NCBI GenBank assembly: GCA_031549365.1
Contig: JAVBPX010000001.1
Location: 64,001 to 128,000 of the forward strand
Length of the DNA stretch: 64,000 nt
From: Alphaproteobacteria bacterium
GTDB lineage: Bacteria; Pseudomonadota; Alphaproteobacteria; Rs-D84
Direction: 5' to 3'
The translations under genes and the position numbers were made by a program. The notes under the pieces are model-generated. The model worked only from the letters and a program-made list of their open reading frames with translations, had not been told where the DNA came from and searched no databases. Every line of letters begins with the position of its first letter. Position 1 is the stretch's first letter. This document shows positions 31,366 through 41,158 of the stretch, in pieces.

Positions 31366-32202
31366 TTATTTGGAAACATCGCCTGATTTTTTGTTTACTG
31401 TTTTTGACATGTCCCTGGCATCTAAATCATCAAAATCAAAATCATATGACACAGATGTTGCCTGACTTTCGCCCTCTTCATGTAATGACATAGCAGACAT
31501 AGGCAACCCATCAACATCGGCATATTCGGATAATCTAGTATATCTGATAATTGCCGAATATGGGTCCAGTGTAACATTTTTAACATCTTCCAAATATTCC
31601 AAATTATCAGCATAAAATACAAATATACTGGCCCCGTAATAAACCCAATATATTGTTCTATTACCATTTGTTGCTGCCGGCACAATGAAATACATCGGAT
31701 CTAAAAATATATCGCCGATCATGCCAATACCGTGGCGAATGCTCATTGGGTATAAAAAAGGCACTGTTATAATTGGGCCTTCGGCAACACCCCATGTTGT
31801 CAATGTTTTTGAAAAATTCTCTTTATCGCGTGTTACGCCCCAATCAGTTGCGACATCAAAAAGCCCGGCAACTCCAACTGTTGAATTAATTGCAAATCGA
31901 CCTGTTGTTACACCTGCATTTTCAAATTTTGCCTGTAACAAACTGTTTATAACAGTACCCATTTCACCAATGTTTGAAAAGAATCTGTAAACACGCGTCC
32001 TTAAAAATTCCGGAAGAATAAAATTATAAGTATCAATTACCGGAGAATAAACATAATCATTAACAACTTCGTTGAATGCAAATATTCCACGATTGGTTTG
32101 TTCAATTGGATCATATGGGGCTGGCACAACGCCAACATCTCGATGGGATGCGCATCCAAAACAAACGAATACCAATAAAACTACCAAGACCTTTTTAAAC
32201 AT
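31366..32202 (-). CDS. mlaA: MlaA/VacJ lipoprotein
   Basis: Lipobox CFGC, DPIE..NR..F.FN, RF.INST.G..GLFDVA. Confidence 0.92.
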   Translation of the reverse strand: MFKKVLVVLLVFVCFGCASHRDVGVVPAPYDPIEQTNRGIFAFNEVVNDYVYSPVIDTYNFILPEFLRTRVYRFFSNIGEMGTVINSLLQAKFENAGVTTGRFAINSTVGVAGLFDVATDWGVTRDKENFSKTLTTWGVAEGPIITVPFLYPMSIRHGIGMIGDIFLDPMYFIVPAATNGNRTIYWVYYGASIFVFYADNLEYLEDVKNVTLDPYSAIIRYTRLSEYADVDGLPMSAMSLHEEGESQATSVSYDFDFDDLDARDMSKTVNKKSGDVSK

Positions 32203-32274
32203 GGCCTCATTTTATCATAAAATGCTTTTAAATGCACGTTGATATTGTCCCTTAATTCTGATAATATTACAGGC

Positions 32275-33003
32275 ATGAATACATTTGATTTCACTAAAAC
32301 TTTGGCAGAAATAAAACCTTTGCTCAACCTTTGCTGTTGGACCAGCGAGGATTCATCAACTCTGATACATGCCGCCACGGCCGCGGTTGAAAATAATGTT
32401 AAACTATTATCGGTCGAACCTGTATCAATACCATTGGTCTGGAGTTGGACTGAAAAAACACCATTAAAATTATATGCTTTTATGGCCGCTGATTTTAACA
32501 AACAGGATGAAAAAAAATTAATATCTGATATGAATATCCCATTAAAACGTGGCGCTTCTGGAATTCAGATTTATACACCTGTTAATTCATTTGAATCTTT
32601 GGTAAACGCTTTGCTGCCTATTCGCCACGATTTGTTTTTTGGACGAGATCTAACAATCGCTTTGCCATTGGACAATATTACACCGAACCAATGGCCAATG
32701 ATATTTCAATATTTATCCAAATTGGATGTTTCACGATTATTATTAATTGCGTCAAAACCATTGGCCGTTGCGCAACATATATATGGCCTGCTTTCGGTAA
32801 TACCTGCACACACAAATTGGTCATTGGATGTATGTGTAACGTCATCTAAAAATGCGATAAAACCAATCGAAGATACATTTCGTTTAACACAAAAAATGGC
32901 GCCATGGATATTGGACCAAAACAAATTGCATTTTTTCGTCCAACCATCTTTCTTTCAAAATTACCCACGGGATACACAATATGATGATGCGGATCTGGAC
33001 TAG
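32275..33003 (+). CDS. Hypothetical protein, possibly degenerate DeoC-like aldolase fold
   Basis: L...A..A.....LLSVEP..I, ...LKRGASGIQI pattern; catalytic KTSTG motif absent. Confidence 0.5.
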   Translation: MNTFDFTKTLAEIKPLLNLCCWTSEDSSTLIHAATAAVENNVKLLSVEPVSIPLVWSWTEKTPLKLYAFMAADFNKQDEKKLISDMNIPLKRGASGIQIYTPVNSFESLVNALLPIRHDLFFGRDLTIALPLDNITPNQWPMIFQYLSKLDVSRLLLIASKPLAVAQHIYGLLSVIPAHTNWSLDVCVTSSKNAIKPIEDTFRLTQKMAPWILDQNKLHFFVQPSFFQNYPRDTQYDDADLD

Positions 33004-33913
33004 TTTGACCACAGCCTGCTTATTAATGCTGACACTAAATACAGCGCCAGCAACATCGCCTTTTGACTATGACGATTCTAATAAAACTGGACTCTCAAAC
33101 GATAAAAACATTTCTGACAACGGTGAATATTGCCATGTAATTGGCACCTCAAACCGCGCACCGACACTATGTGGGAAACCGGTCCAGGGCGGATTATTAT
33201 ACGGAGAATCCAGAAACCATTCTGTTTATTATAAAAATGAATTGGTATCTATTGGCGACATATTTACAATCGGATTGGATCGCGATACTCCGGATACAAT
33301 TAAATTAAAGTTCTGTAATAAATTGGGGGAATGTTCTGAATACGCTTATAAAATTGAAAAGCAAAACTGGCAGATCCAACGGGTATCCGTCCCTGATAAA
33401 TTTGTACATTATACCCCCGAAATAGAAAAACGAATCGAACGCGAAAGCAATGAAATCCGAAACGCACGAACCGCCCGCGACACAACATTATTTTTCATGA
33501 ATATGGAGGAACCACTGGACTCAAAAAAATTCCGAATTTCCGGCGTTTTTGGATCGCAACGTGTGTTTAATGATATACCAAAATCCCCCCATCGTGGATT
33601 GGATTTCGCAGCACCGACTGGAACGCCTGTTATTGCTGCCGCTCCGGGTCGCGTTGTATTGGTTGGGGATCATTTTATGTCTGGAAATATCGTGATGATT
33701 TCACACGGATATGGGATATACAGTGTGTATTTGCACCTGTCAAAAATTAATGTATCTGTTGGACAAAACGTATCTGGCACCACAAAAATCGGATTGGTTG
33801 GATCAACAGGCAGATCATCTGGCGCCCATTTACACTTTGGAATTTACTGGAATCAAACTGCATTGGATCCCCAACAAATCTTGATCCCCCGTGGCACCGA
33901 AAAAACATTATAA
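32981..33913 (+). CDS. M23 family metallopeptidase
   Basis: HRGLD, YLHL, GSTGRSSGAHLHF. Confidence 0.92.
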   Translation: MMMRIWTSLTTACLLMLTLNTAPATSPFDYDDSNKTGLSNDKNISDNGEYCHVIGTSNRAPTLCGKPVQGGLLYGESRNHSVYYKNELVSIGDIFTIGLDRDTPDTIKLKFCNKLGECSEYAYKIEKQNWQIQRVSVPDKFVHYTPEIEKRIERESNEIRNARTARDTTLFFMNMEEPLDSKKFRISGVFGSQRVFNDIPKSPHRGLDFAAPTGTPVIAAAPGRVVLVGDHFMSGNIVMISHGYGIYSVYLHLSKINVSVGQNVSGTTKIGLVGSTGRSSGAHLHFGIYWNQTALDPQQILIPRGTEKTL

Positions 33914-33946
33914 TCAATTGAATAATACAAAATTTATTAAAACTTG

Positions 33947-34074
33947 TTAATCGCGTCATAATGCGATGAATGTAAAGAAACATTAATTTTTTCGGGGGTG
34001 AGTGTATATAGACATACATGATCCTTCGAAAAAATTAATGTCTTGTTTTCAGTCGCGCATTATGACGCGATTAA
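33947..34074. repeat. 128-nt interrupted inverted repeat overlapping the trxB stop
   Basis: Perfect 19-bp arms 33947-33965 / 34056-34074 and inner perfect 15-bp arms 33980-33994 / 34027-34041. Confidence 0.85.
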
Positions 34075-34992
34075 ATAGTCTTCGACTTCCATGGCGGCCG
34101 TTGCCCCCCACCCCACTGCAATCGCAACCTGTAACTTGGTATTTGCACGAACGTCGCCCGCAACAAAAATTCCATGATTTTCAATTTGCGTTTTGTTTGG
34201 CAATGTTACCAAATGGCCATGGTCATCACGCTTAATTTCATCATTTAAAAACTCAGTATTAGGAGAATGTCCGATTGTAATAAATACGCCATCGATATTA
34301 ATTGTATTTTGCTTTTCCGAATCAATTTCTTGGGTTAATACAGATGTAACACCATTTGCATCGCCCATGATTTCAACAACATCCGTGTTCCACATAACTG
34401 ATATATTTGTCGCATTCATAATTTTATCAACAACAACTTTTTCCCCGCGGAAAAATGCATCACGACGGTAAATTATTGTTACGTGTTTGGCCAATTTTGA
34501 CATGTATAATGCTTCGACCAATGCGGAATTTCCACCGCCAATGAACACAACATCTTTGCCGCGGTAAAAAAATCCATCGCACACAGCGCAATAACTGACC
34601 CCGCGACCTAAATATTCAGATTCTCCTGGAATTCCCATTGTTTTTGCACGGGCCCCGGTTGCGACTATAATCGCGCGAGCAACCAATTCTTTGCCGTTGT
34701 CCAATGAAATATTATAATTGTCGTTATCACGTTTTACAAATTTCGCTGACGCCAAAATAATTTTTGCACCGAAACTTTCCGCCTGATTTTTCATAATCTC
34801 GGTTACTTCGAACCCTGAAATTGGTCCAATAACCCCTGGATAATTTTCCAATTCTGGGATTGTTGCCATTTGACCACCTAACTCTCCTCCGGCGACAATC
34901 GCGACCGAACGTCCGGCACGCCCTGCGTATAATGCAGCTGTTAACCCAGCAGGCCCAGACCCTAAAATAACAATGTCAAAAATATTATCCAT
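34060..34992 (-). CDS. trxB: Thioredoxin reductase
   Basis: GSGPAG, ENYPG, GVSYCAVCDG, GGGNSA, FVAGD. Confidence 0.95.
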   Translation of the reverse strand: MDNIFDIVILGSGPAGLTAALYAGRAGRSVAIVAGGELGGQMATIPELENYPGVIGPISGFEVTEIMKNQAESFGAKIILASAKFVKRDNDNYNISLDNGKELVARAIIVATGARAKTMGIPGESEYLGRGVSYCAVCDGFFYRGKDVVFIGGGNSALVEALYMSKLAKHVTIIYRRDAFFRGEKVVVDKIMNATNISVMWNTDVVEIMGDANGVTSVLTQEIDSEKQNTINIDGVFITIGHSPNTEFLNDEIKRDDHGHLVTLPNKTQIENHGIFVAGDVRANTKLQVAIAVGWGATAAMEVEDYLIAS

Positions 34993-35045
34993 AATTCATC
35001 CTTTTTACGGATTTTAACCATATTCAAACAAATGATGCAAGCGGT

Positions 35046-35744
35046 TTATTCCCGAAATATCACAGTATCAAACAAATTATTTAAATCTTGCTTTAAATAT
35101 TCATCATTGAAAAATTGATTGCGTTCGGTTTCGTTTGTACGAGGGCCTTCATCTGCTTCGTATACGCGATATTTTTGCACGGCAAAGCTTTTGATGCCGG
35201 CATCTGATGATCGCTTTGCTATATCCAAAACGGCTTCACGCGACACAAACCTGGGATCACATGTAATCCGAACTTCGGCAGATTTACCTGATTTTCCCAA
35301 AACTTCCAAACTTTCAATCACACGATTGTGCGCGGAACTGACCCCTGTTAATTTCAAATAATTTTTTTGATCTGTTTTTATATCCAATCCAACCCAATCA
35401 ATAATTGATAATGCTTTTTTTAATTGGTCCGGATAAAATCCGTTTGTATGCAAACCAATTAAAAAACCCATATCTTTGATTCGTTTCATATATTCCAAAA
35501 CAACATCGCCTTGGGTTAATGCCTCCCCTCCTGAAAAAACAACTGCTTCTAATTTGCCTCGACGATGATTTAACCATTCAATAATTTTTTCTGGATCGTA
35601 TTCACCCTCGCCCGCTTCCAAGAACTGAGGATTCGAACAATAAACACACCTAAATGGGCAACCTTTTAAAAATAAAACGGCGGCCAACATCCCCGGATAA
35701 TCAATCGTAGTAAAGGGAGTCAGTCCGCCGATCTGAACTTGCAT
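35046..35744 (-). CDS. nrdG: Anaerobic RNR activating enzyme (radical SAM)
   Basis: TTIDYPG, CPFRCVYCSNP, SGGE. Confidence 0.92.
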   Translation of the reverse strand: MQVQIGGLTPFTTIDYPGMLAAVLFLKGCPFRCVYCSNPQFLEAGEGEYDPEKIIEWLNHRRGKLEAVVFSGGEALTQGDVVLEYMKRIKDMGFLIGLHTNGFYPDQLKKALSIIDWVGLDIKTDQKNYLKLTGVSSAHNRVIESLEVLGKSGKSAEVRITCDPRFVSREAVLDIAKRSSDAGIKSFAVQKYRVYEADEGPRTNETERNQFFNDEYLKQDLNNLFDTVIFRE

Positions 35745-35751
35745 TATATTA

Positions 35752-35928
35752 TTACGCTGCTTTCTTTAATAATTCTAAATGGCGATCGGCCGTAGTCAAA
35801 GCATTTTCTTCTTTGAAAGTTTTTCTTTCTTGGAATTCGGAAAATTTTCCAATATTAAAATGTTTAACCGGACGAATGTATCCCATGCTACGTGAAAAAG
35901 TCTCACATTTTGTTCTTTGTTTTGTCAT
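35752..35928 (-). CDS. Stand-alone glycyl-radical domain of class III RNR (58 aa, not in ORF track)
   Basis: MTKQRTKCETFSRSMGYIRPVKHFNIGKFSEFQER...; SD AGGAGG; R..GY glycyl-radical motif. Confidence 0.9.
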   Translation of the reverse strand: MTKQRTKCETFSRSMGYIRPVKHFNIGKFSEFQERKTFKEENALTTADRHLELLKKAA

Positions 35929-35951
35929 AATTCTCCTCCTCTATTTTTTGT

Positions 35952-38000
35952 TTATTTTACAATGTTTGCTAATCTTTCCTCGGCGGCGATTTCCTCGTCG
36001 CACTTTGGACAGAATTCATGCCGTCCCGGCAAATACCCGTGTTTCGGACAAGTCGAGAACGTAGGGGTCAAAGTCATATAAGGCAATTTATAGTTTTCAA
36101 AAATTGTCTTAATAATTTTCTTTGCCGCCTCTCCGGATGACACGGGCTCCCCCAGGTACATATGCCACATGGTACCGCCTGTATATTTCCGTTGAAATGC
36201 TTCTTGATGTTCCAATGCAACAAATGGATCATCTGTAAAATTAACTGGTAACTGAGTAGAATTAGTATAGTACGGTGCATCGTTTGTTCCCGCCGTCAAA
36301 ATATCAGGGAAATTTTTCAAATCAGTTCTTGCAAATCTGTATGCTGTGCCCTCTCCTGGTGTTGCTTCTAGATTGTACAAATTTCCTGTTTCTTCTTGAA
36401 ACACAACCAATTGTTCACGAATGAAATCCATAACGTCTATAACCAATTGTTTACCCATTGGGGATGAAATATCTTCGCGCCCATCGGTAAAATTCCTGAC
36501 CATTTCATTTGCACCATTAACACCAATGGTCGAAAAATGGTGATTCCAGTTACCCAAATAACGTTTGGTAAATGGATATAATCCGTTATCAATATTTTTA
36601 GTAATTACACGGCGTTTAATTTCCAACGAATCTTTGGCTAATCCCAATAATATTTTTAAATTATCAAACAAAGCTTCACGATTTCCCTTGTTTAAATAAC
36701 CCAACCTTGGCAAATTTATTGTAACAACTCCGATTGATCCCGTTTTTTCAGCAGATCCGAACAAACCACCGCCACGTTTTAACAATTCACGAACATCCAA
36801 CTGCAAACGGCAACACATAGAACGAACATCGGTTGGGTTCAAATCAGAATTCAAGAAATTTTGGAAATTTGGAATACCGTATTTGGCAGTTAAATCAAAC
36901 AAAGGCCCAACGTTTGGATGATTCCATGGGAAATCTTTGGTGATATTATATGTTGGAATTGGGAAAGTAAATGGACGACCATGCGCATCACCTTCGGTCA
37001 TAACTTCTAAAAATGCTTTGTTTAACATATCCATTTCTGGCTGCAAATCGCCATATGTGAAATTGACTGGTCTGCCGCCGATATACGGGTTTTGTTTTTT
37101 CAAATCTTCGGGACACGTCCAATCAAAAGTAAAATTAATGAATGGTGTTTGGGTTCCCCAGCGGCAAGGCACCGCGCAATTGAAAATCAAAGTTTGCATT
37201 GCGTTTTTAACTTCTTCGAAAGACATATTGTCAATTTTGATATATGGCGCCAAATAAGTGTCCACTGATGAAAAAGCCTGGGCCCCAGCAAATTCGTTTT
37301 GCAATGTTCCTAAAAAATTAACCATGTGGGATACAGCGGTCGACATGTGTTTCGCAGGCTGACATTGTAAATAACCCTCAACCCCGTTGAATCCTTCGTA
37401 CAATAATTCTCGCAATGACCAACCGGCACAATATCCAGTCAACCAACCCAAATCATGTATGTGCAATGCAGCACTTTTGTGCGCTTCGGCAACAGGACGT
37501 GGATACAAATGCAACCAATATTGGGCTGTTACTCGTTCGGATGTCCTCAAAATCAAGCCGCCAATCGAATATCCAATATTGGCATTTTCCTTGACTCGCC
37601 AATCGGCAGCGGACAAGTATCCGTCCATTACATCAACAACATCCAAATTTGTGTCGCGGATCTCGTTATGTTGATGTCTATATATAATGTATGCTTCGGC
37701 AGTTTTATAAGCATGATGATCCATTAATGCTTTGACCACTAAATCTTGTATTTGTTCAACAGTTGGGATTAAACCACAAAATCTGTCATCCAAATCGCGA
37801 ACAACACTGGCTTCTATGGCTAAAACTCCGGCCATATCAATTTCTTGGGTGGCGTTTGCTGCTTTTCTGATGGCATTTTGAATCTTTTTGGAATCAAAGG
37901 CTATAACTTCACCATCGCGCTTTTGAACTTTGGCGACCTTGCACGCAAAACCAGATGCGATTTCGATGATATTCTTCTGATTATTGTCCTTTTTTTCCAT
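35952..38000 (-). CDS. nrdD: Anaerobic ribonucleoside-triphosphate reductase, ATP cone plus catalytic barrel, lacking C-terminal glycyl domain
   Basis: VQKRDG ATP cone, HIHDL, YCAGW, FTFPIPTYN, SMCCRL, EATPGE, CPKHGY...CPKC then stop. Confidence 0.95.
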   Translation of the reverse strand: MEKKDNNQKNIIEIASGFACKVAKVQKRDGEVIAFDSKKIQNAIRKAANATQEIDMAGVLAIEASVVRDLDDRFCGLIPTVEQIQDLVVKALMDHHAYKTAEAYIIYRHQHNEIRDTNLDVVDVMDGYLSAADWRVKENANIGYSIGGLILRTSERVTAQYWLHLYPRPVAEAHKSAALHIHDLGWLTGYCAGWSLRELLYEGFNGVEGYLQCQPAKHMSTAVSHMVNFLGTLQNEFAGAQAFSSVDTYLAPYIKIDNMSFEEVKNAMQTLIFNCAVPCRWGTQTPFINFTFDWTCPEDLKKQNPYIGGRPVNFTYGDLQPEMDMLNKAFLEVMTEGDAHGRPFTFPIPTYNITKDFPWNHPNVGPLFDLTAKYGIPNFQNFLNSDLNPTDVRSMCCRLQLDVRELLKRGGGLFGSAEKTGSIGVVTINLPRLGYLNKGNREALFDNLKILLGLAKDSLEIKRRVITKNIDNGLYPFTKRYLGNWNHHFSTIGVNGANEMVRNFTDGREDISSPMGKQLVIDVMDFIREQLVVFQEETGNLYNLEATPGEGTAYRFARTDLKNFPDILTAGTNDAPYYTNSTQLPVNFTDDPFVALEHQEAFQRKYTGGTMWHMYLGEPVSSGEAAKKIIKTIFENYKLPYMTLTPTFSTCPKHGYLPGRHEFCPKCDEEIAAEERLANIVK

Positions 38001-38031
38001 TTTTTTGCCTTTTTCATAAAAAATGCCAAAA

Positions 38032-38081
38032 ATACAACTGGTTGTGTCTTTTTGGGTGTTTGTATACACAATATATAGTTT
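38032..38081. promoter_or_regulatory. Putative NrdR boxes upstream of nrdD
   Basis: ACACAATATATAGTTT (38066-38081) fits acaCwAtATaTwGtgt; weaker ATACAACTGGTTGTGT (38032-38047). Confidence 0.55.
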
Positions 38082-38244
38082 TTAAAATTTTCAAACAAGA
38101 CATTTTTTTGCAAAATTTGCACTTTTTTGTCTTGACTTTTTTAAAGTGCCAAAAATCTGCCAAAACCGGATTTTGCCCCCTAGATTTTTGATAAAAAAAA
38201 TGATATACTTCGACCATATTTATTGAAACCGCGGGGAAATTCAC

Positions 38245-39054
38245 ATGCAACGTATGTTTATTATATTTGGAACTTGGGCCACAGCATCATTGATTTGGAC
38301 TTTGTTATCGATTCGTTTATTGGTTGGAACACTGTCTATGGATGCCTTGATAGAATTGGATTCCGTTATGATTTCTGCCTTGGTTATTTGCATAATTGTT
38401 CCGATTTCGATGTTTTTTATGATTGCTGTCCTATTTAATTTTTATTCGATTCAAAAACAAACTCTGCGACTATTGTTTAATATGCATAATTCATCAAAAC
38501 ATCAAATGGATATACTACAACAGTTGGGAATGGCATTTATTGAATTCAAACATCAAACATCTGCTGATTCGTTTATGCGCAATATTGATTTGATTTATCA
38601 CGATTTATTACAACATTTGATTCCAATTGCTGATTCGGTATCGGTGGTTGCCCGCTCGTCCAAGGAACATCCATTATGGCAAGTCGCAGGCGGTCTGGTT
38701 GATGCATACAATAAAAATCCACACGTGTTGGAACAATTGCGCCGCCAATTAAAATGGGACGAATCATATCAACAACATGTTGAACTGTTTTTAAAACACG
38801 CGAACCAATTGTTGGAAAAATTGGGGGAATACGACCGCGACGGATTATTGTTACAAACATTTAACGAGGGGTTAATGGGTCAAATCATGGCATTATTAAC
38901 CCAGGCTCAAAATCTGGCCATGGATTCTGGATTAAAAACACCTGCTGCTACACAATCATCATCACAAAAATCTGTGCTGTCGATTCTGGGGCAAAAATCC
39001 CCAGCCTCTCCGTCTTTGTTGGACGAAGATTTGTTGGAGCCTGATAATGCATGA
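38245..39054 (+). CDS. Membrane protein with TipN/GPR-like C-terminal helical domain
   Basis: 2 TMs; ...D..Y..HV..F......LL......DRDG.L..TF..G.MG.I..LL..A pattern. Confidence 0.45.
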   Translation: MQRMFIIFGTWATASLIWTLLSIRLLVGTLSMDALIELDSVMISALVICIIVPISMFFMIAVLFNFYSIQKQTLRLLFNMHNSSKHQMDILQQLGMAFIEFKHQTSADSFMRNIDLIYHDLLQHLIPIADSVSVVARSSKEHPLWQVAGGLVDAYNKNPHVLEQLRRQLKWDESYQQHVELFLKHANQLLEKLGEYDRDGLLLQTFNEGLMGQIMALLTQAQNLAMDSGLKTPAATQSSSQKSVLSILGQKSPASPSLLDEDLLEPDNA

Positions 39055-40408
39055 ATTCAAACCAGGGATATCGCGTGATGCAATTACACAATTATCAAAA
39101 TTGCGTAACGAACCTTCTTGGTTACTGGATTTTCGATTAAATGCATTTGAACATTGGAAAACAATGAGCGAACCACATTGGTCCACAACAACATATGATC
39201 CAATTGATTACCAATCAATAACATATCATTCCAAACCCACTATTAATGATGAAATTGATGCTGATACAAAATCAGTATATGACAAATTGGGAATCCCAGA
39301 ACACGAACAACGCGCATTAATGGGAATGGCTGTGGACGCTATATTGGACAGCTCATCCATACATACATCATATCAATCCGATTTGGAAAAATTGGGAATT
39401 ATATTTATGCCTATGTCTGATGCTATCAAAAAACATCCTGAATTGGTTCGAAAATATTTGGGAACGGTTGTTCCACATACAGATAATTTTTTTGCATGCT
39501 TGAATTCCGCAGTATTTTCAGACGGGACATTTGTATATATTCCATCCGGAGTTAAATGCCCGATTGATTTGGCATCATACTTTCGAATTAATACAGCAAC
39601 CATTGGCCAATTCGAACGAACATTAATAATTGCAGAATCCGGGTCTGAATTATCTTATCTCGAGGGGTGCTCGGCCCCGCGCCGTCCAAACCATCAGTTA
39701 CATTCCGGAATTGTTGAAATAATCGCACATGATAATTCAATTGTAAAATACGCCACTGTTCAAAATTGGTACGCTGGAAATTCCGATGGCGTTGGCGGCA
39801 TATATAATTTCGTAACCAAACGTGGAATTGTTCATAAAAACGCAAAATTATTATGGACCCAGCTCGAGGTTGGATCCGCCAAAACCTGGAAATACCCATC
39901 GTCAATATTAATGGGCGATAATTCACATTCCGACTTTTATTCATTATCAATCACACGCCATCACCAAATGGCCGACACAGGAACAAAAATGATTCATATT
40001 GGAAACAATTCAACATCAAATATATTATCCCAGGGTGTCGCTATGGAACAATCAAATCAAACTTTCCGATCATTGATTACATTTGGCAAAAATACAACCG
40101 GCGCCAAAAGCGCATCAAATTGCGATTCAAAAATTATTGGGAATATGGCATCGGTAAACACATTACCAACCGTTCGCCATATGAATTCAAATAATACTTC
40201 GGGGCACGAGGCAAAAACATCCGCAATATCCGAATCCCAATTATTCTTTTTGAACGCATCCGGAATTGGTTCAGATCTGGCCACAGGATTAATTATTGGC
40301 GGGCTTGCAGCACCTATTCTTTCTCGCCTTCCTATGGAATTTTTAATAGAATCAAAACAGCTAATTCAAATCGCAGTATCAAATGGTGATAAAAATGCTA
40401 CAAATTAA
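39047..40408 (+). CDS. sufB: Fe-S cluster assembly protein SufB
   Basis: EP.WLL.FRL, LNSAVFSDG, GQFERTL, YLEGC, NFVTKRG, TWKYPS, ADTGTK. Confidence 0.95.
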   Translation: MHEFKPGISRDAITQLSKLRNEPSWLLDFRLNAFEHWKTMSEPHWSTTTYDPIDYQSITYHSKPTINDEIDADTKSVYDKLGIPEHEQRALMGMAVDAILDSSSIHTSYQSDLEKLGIIFMPMSDAIKKHPELVRKYLGTVVPHTDNFFACLNSAVFSDGTFVYIPSGVKCPIDLASYFRINTATIGQFERTLIIAESGSELSYLEGCSAPRRPNHQLHSGIVEIIAHDNSIVKYATVQNWYAGNSDGVGGIYNFVTKRGIVHKNAKLLWTQLEVGSAKTWKYPSSILMGDNSHSDFYSLSITRHHQMADTGTKMIHIGNNSTSNILSQGVAMEQSNQTFRSLITFGKNTTGAKSASNCDSKIIGNMASVNTLPTVRHMNSNNTSGHEAKTSAISESQLFFLNASGIGSDLATGLIIGGLAAPILSRLPMEFLIESKQLIQIAVSNGDKNATN

Positions 40409-41072
40409 AAATTTAACCGTAACAAACGGAAATAAAAAATTATTGAATAATGTTTCAATTAATATTGCTGATAATTCAATCCATTTGTTATCTGGCCCAA
40501 ACGGCAGTGGCAAAACCAGTCTATTAATGACAATCATGGGACATCCAGACTATGTTGTCGAATCTGGTGAAATTTTATTTAATGGCAAAAACATTGTTAA
40601 TATAACTCCAACCGAACGTTCATTAATTGGGATTGCCTTGTTACAACAACATGTGCCTGAAATACCGGGATTAACAGTATCATCATATTTAAAACACGCA
40701 ATGTCAGCACATTATAAAAATAAATTTGGGAATGATTTGACCGCTGGTGAATTTTTTAAAATGTTAAATGATGCCACTGAAAATTTATCAATCCCGGCAC
40801 CTTGGCTATCGCGATCAATTAATGTTGGTTTTTCGGGTGGGGAACGTAAAAAATTGGCCCTGCTCTATCTCTATTTAATAAAACCAAGATTGGCCATGAT
40901 TGATGAACCCGATTCGGGATCCGATTTGGATACACAAAAATTAATAGCAAAAACAATTTTGGAACTGCATCAATCCGGCACCACATTTATTGTAATTTCG
41001 CACCAACCAACGTTTACGGAAATGATACATCCAACCAATGTATCAAAAATTGACAGCGGCACCATATTATAA
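40383..41072 (+). CDS. sufC: Fe-S cluster assembly ATPase SufC (probable start 40395)
   Basis: GPNGSGKT, GHP.Y, N.GFSGGERK, DEPDSG. Confidence 0.92.
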   Translation: MVIKMLQIKNLTVTNGNKKLLNNVSINIADNSIHLLSGPNGSGKTSLLMTIMGHPDYVVESGEILFNGKNIVNITPTERSLIGIALLQQHVPEIPGLTVSSYLKHAMSAHYKNKFGNDLTAGEFFKMLNDATENLSIPAPWLSRSINVGFSGGERKKLALLYLYLIKPRLAMIDEPDSGSDLDTQKLIAKTILELHQSGTTFIVISHQPTFTEMIHPTNVSKIDSGTIL

Positions 41073-41158
41073 ATGGATTAATCTCCTATATTATTTTCTG
41101 TGGATTCCTTAAATTTTGTGATATAATACGCACGTTAAAACCATACAGGAGGAACCAC

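Noticed and set aside
38001-38069. ORF-track N-terminal extension of nrdD
   Set aside because: Overlaps the NrdR-like boxes; ATG 38000 has an SD-like AAAGG and lies closer to the ATP cone.
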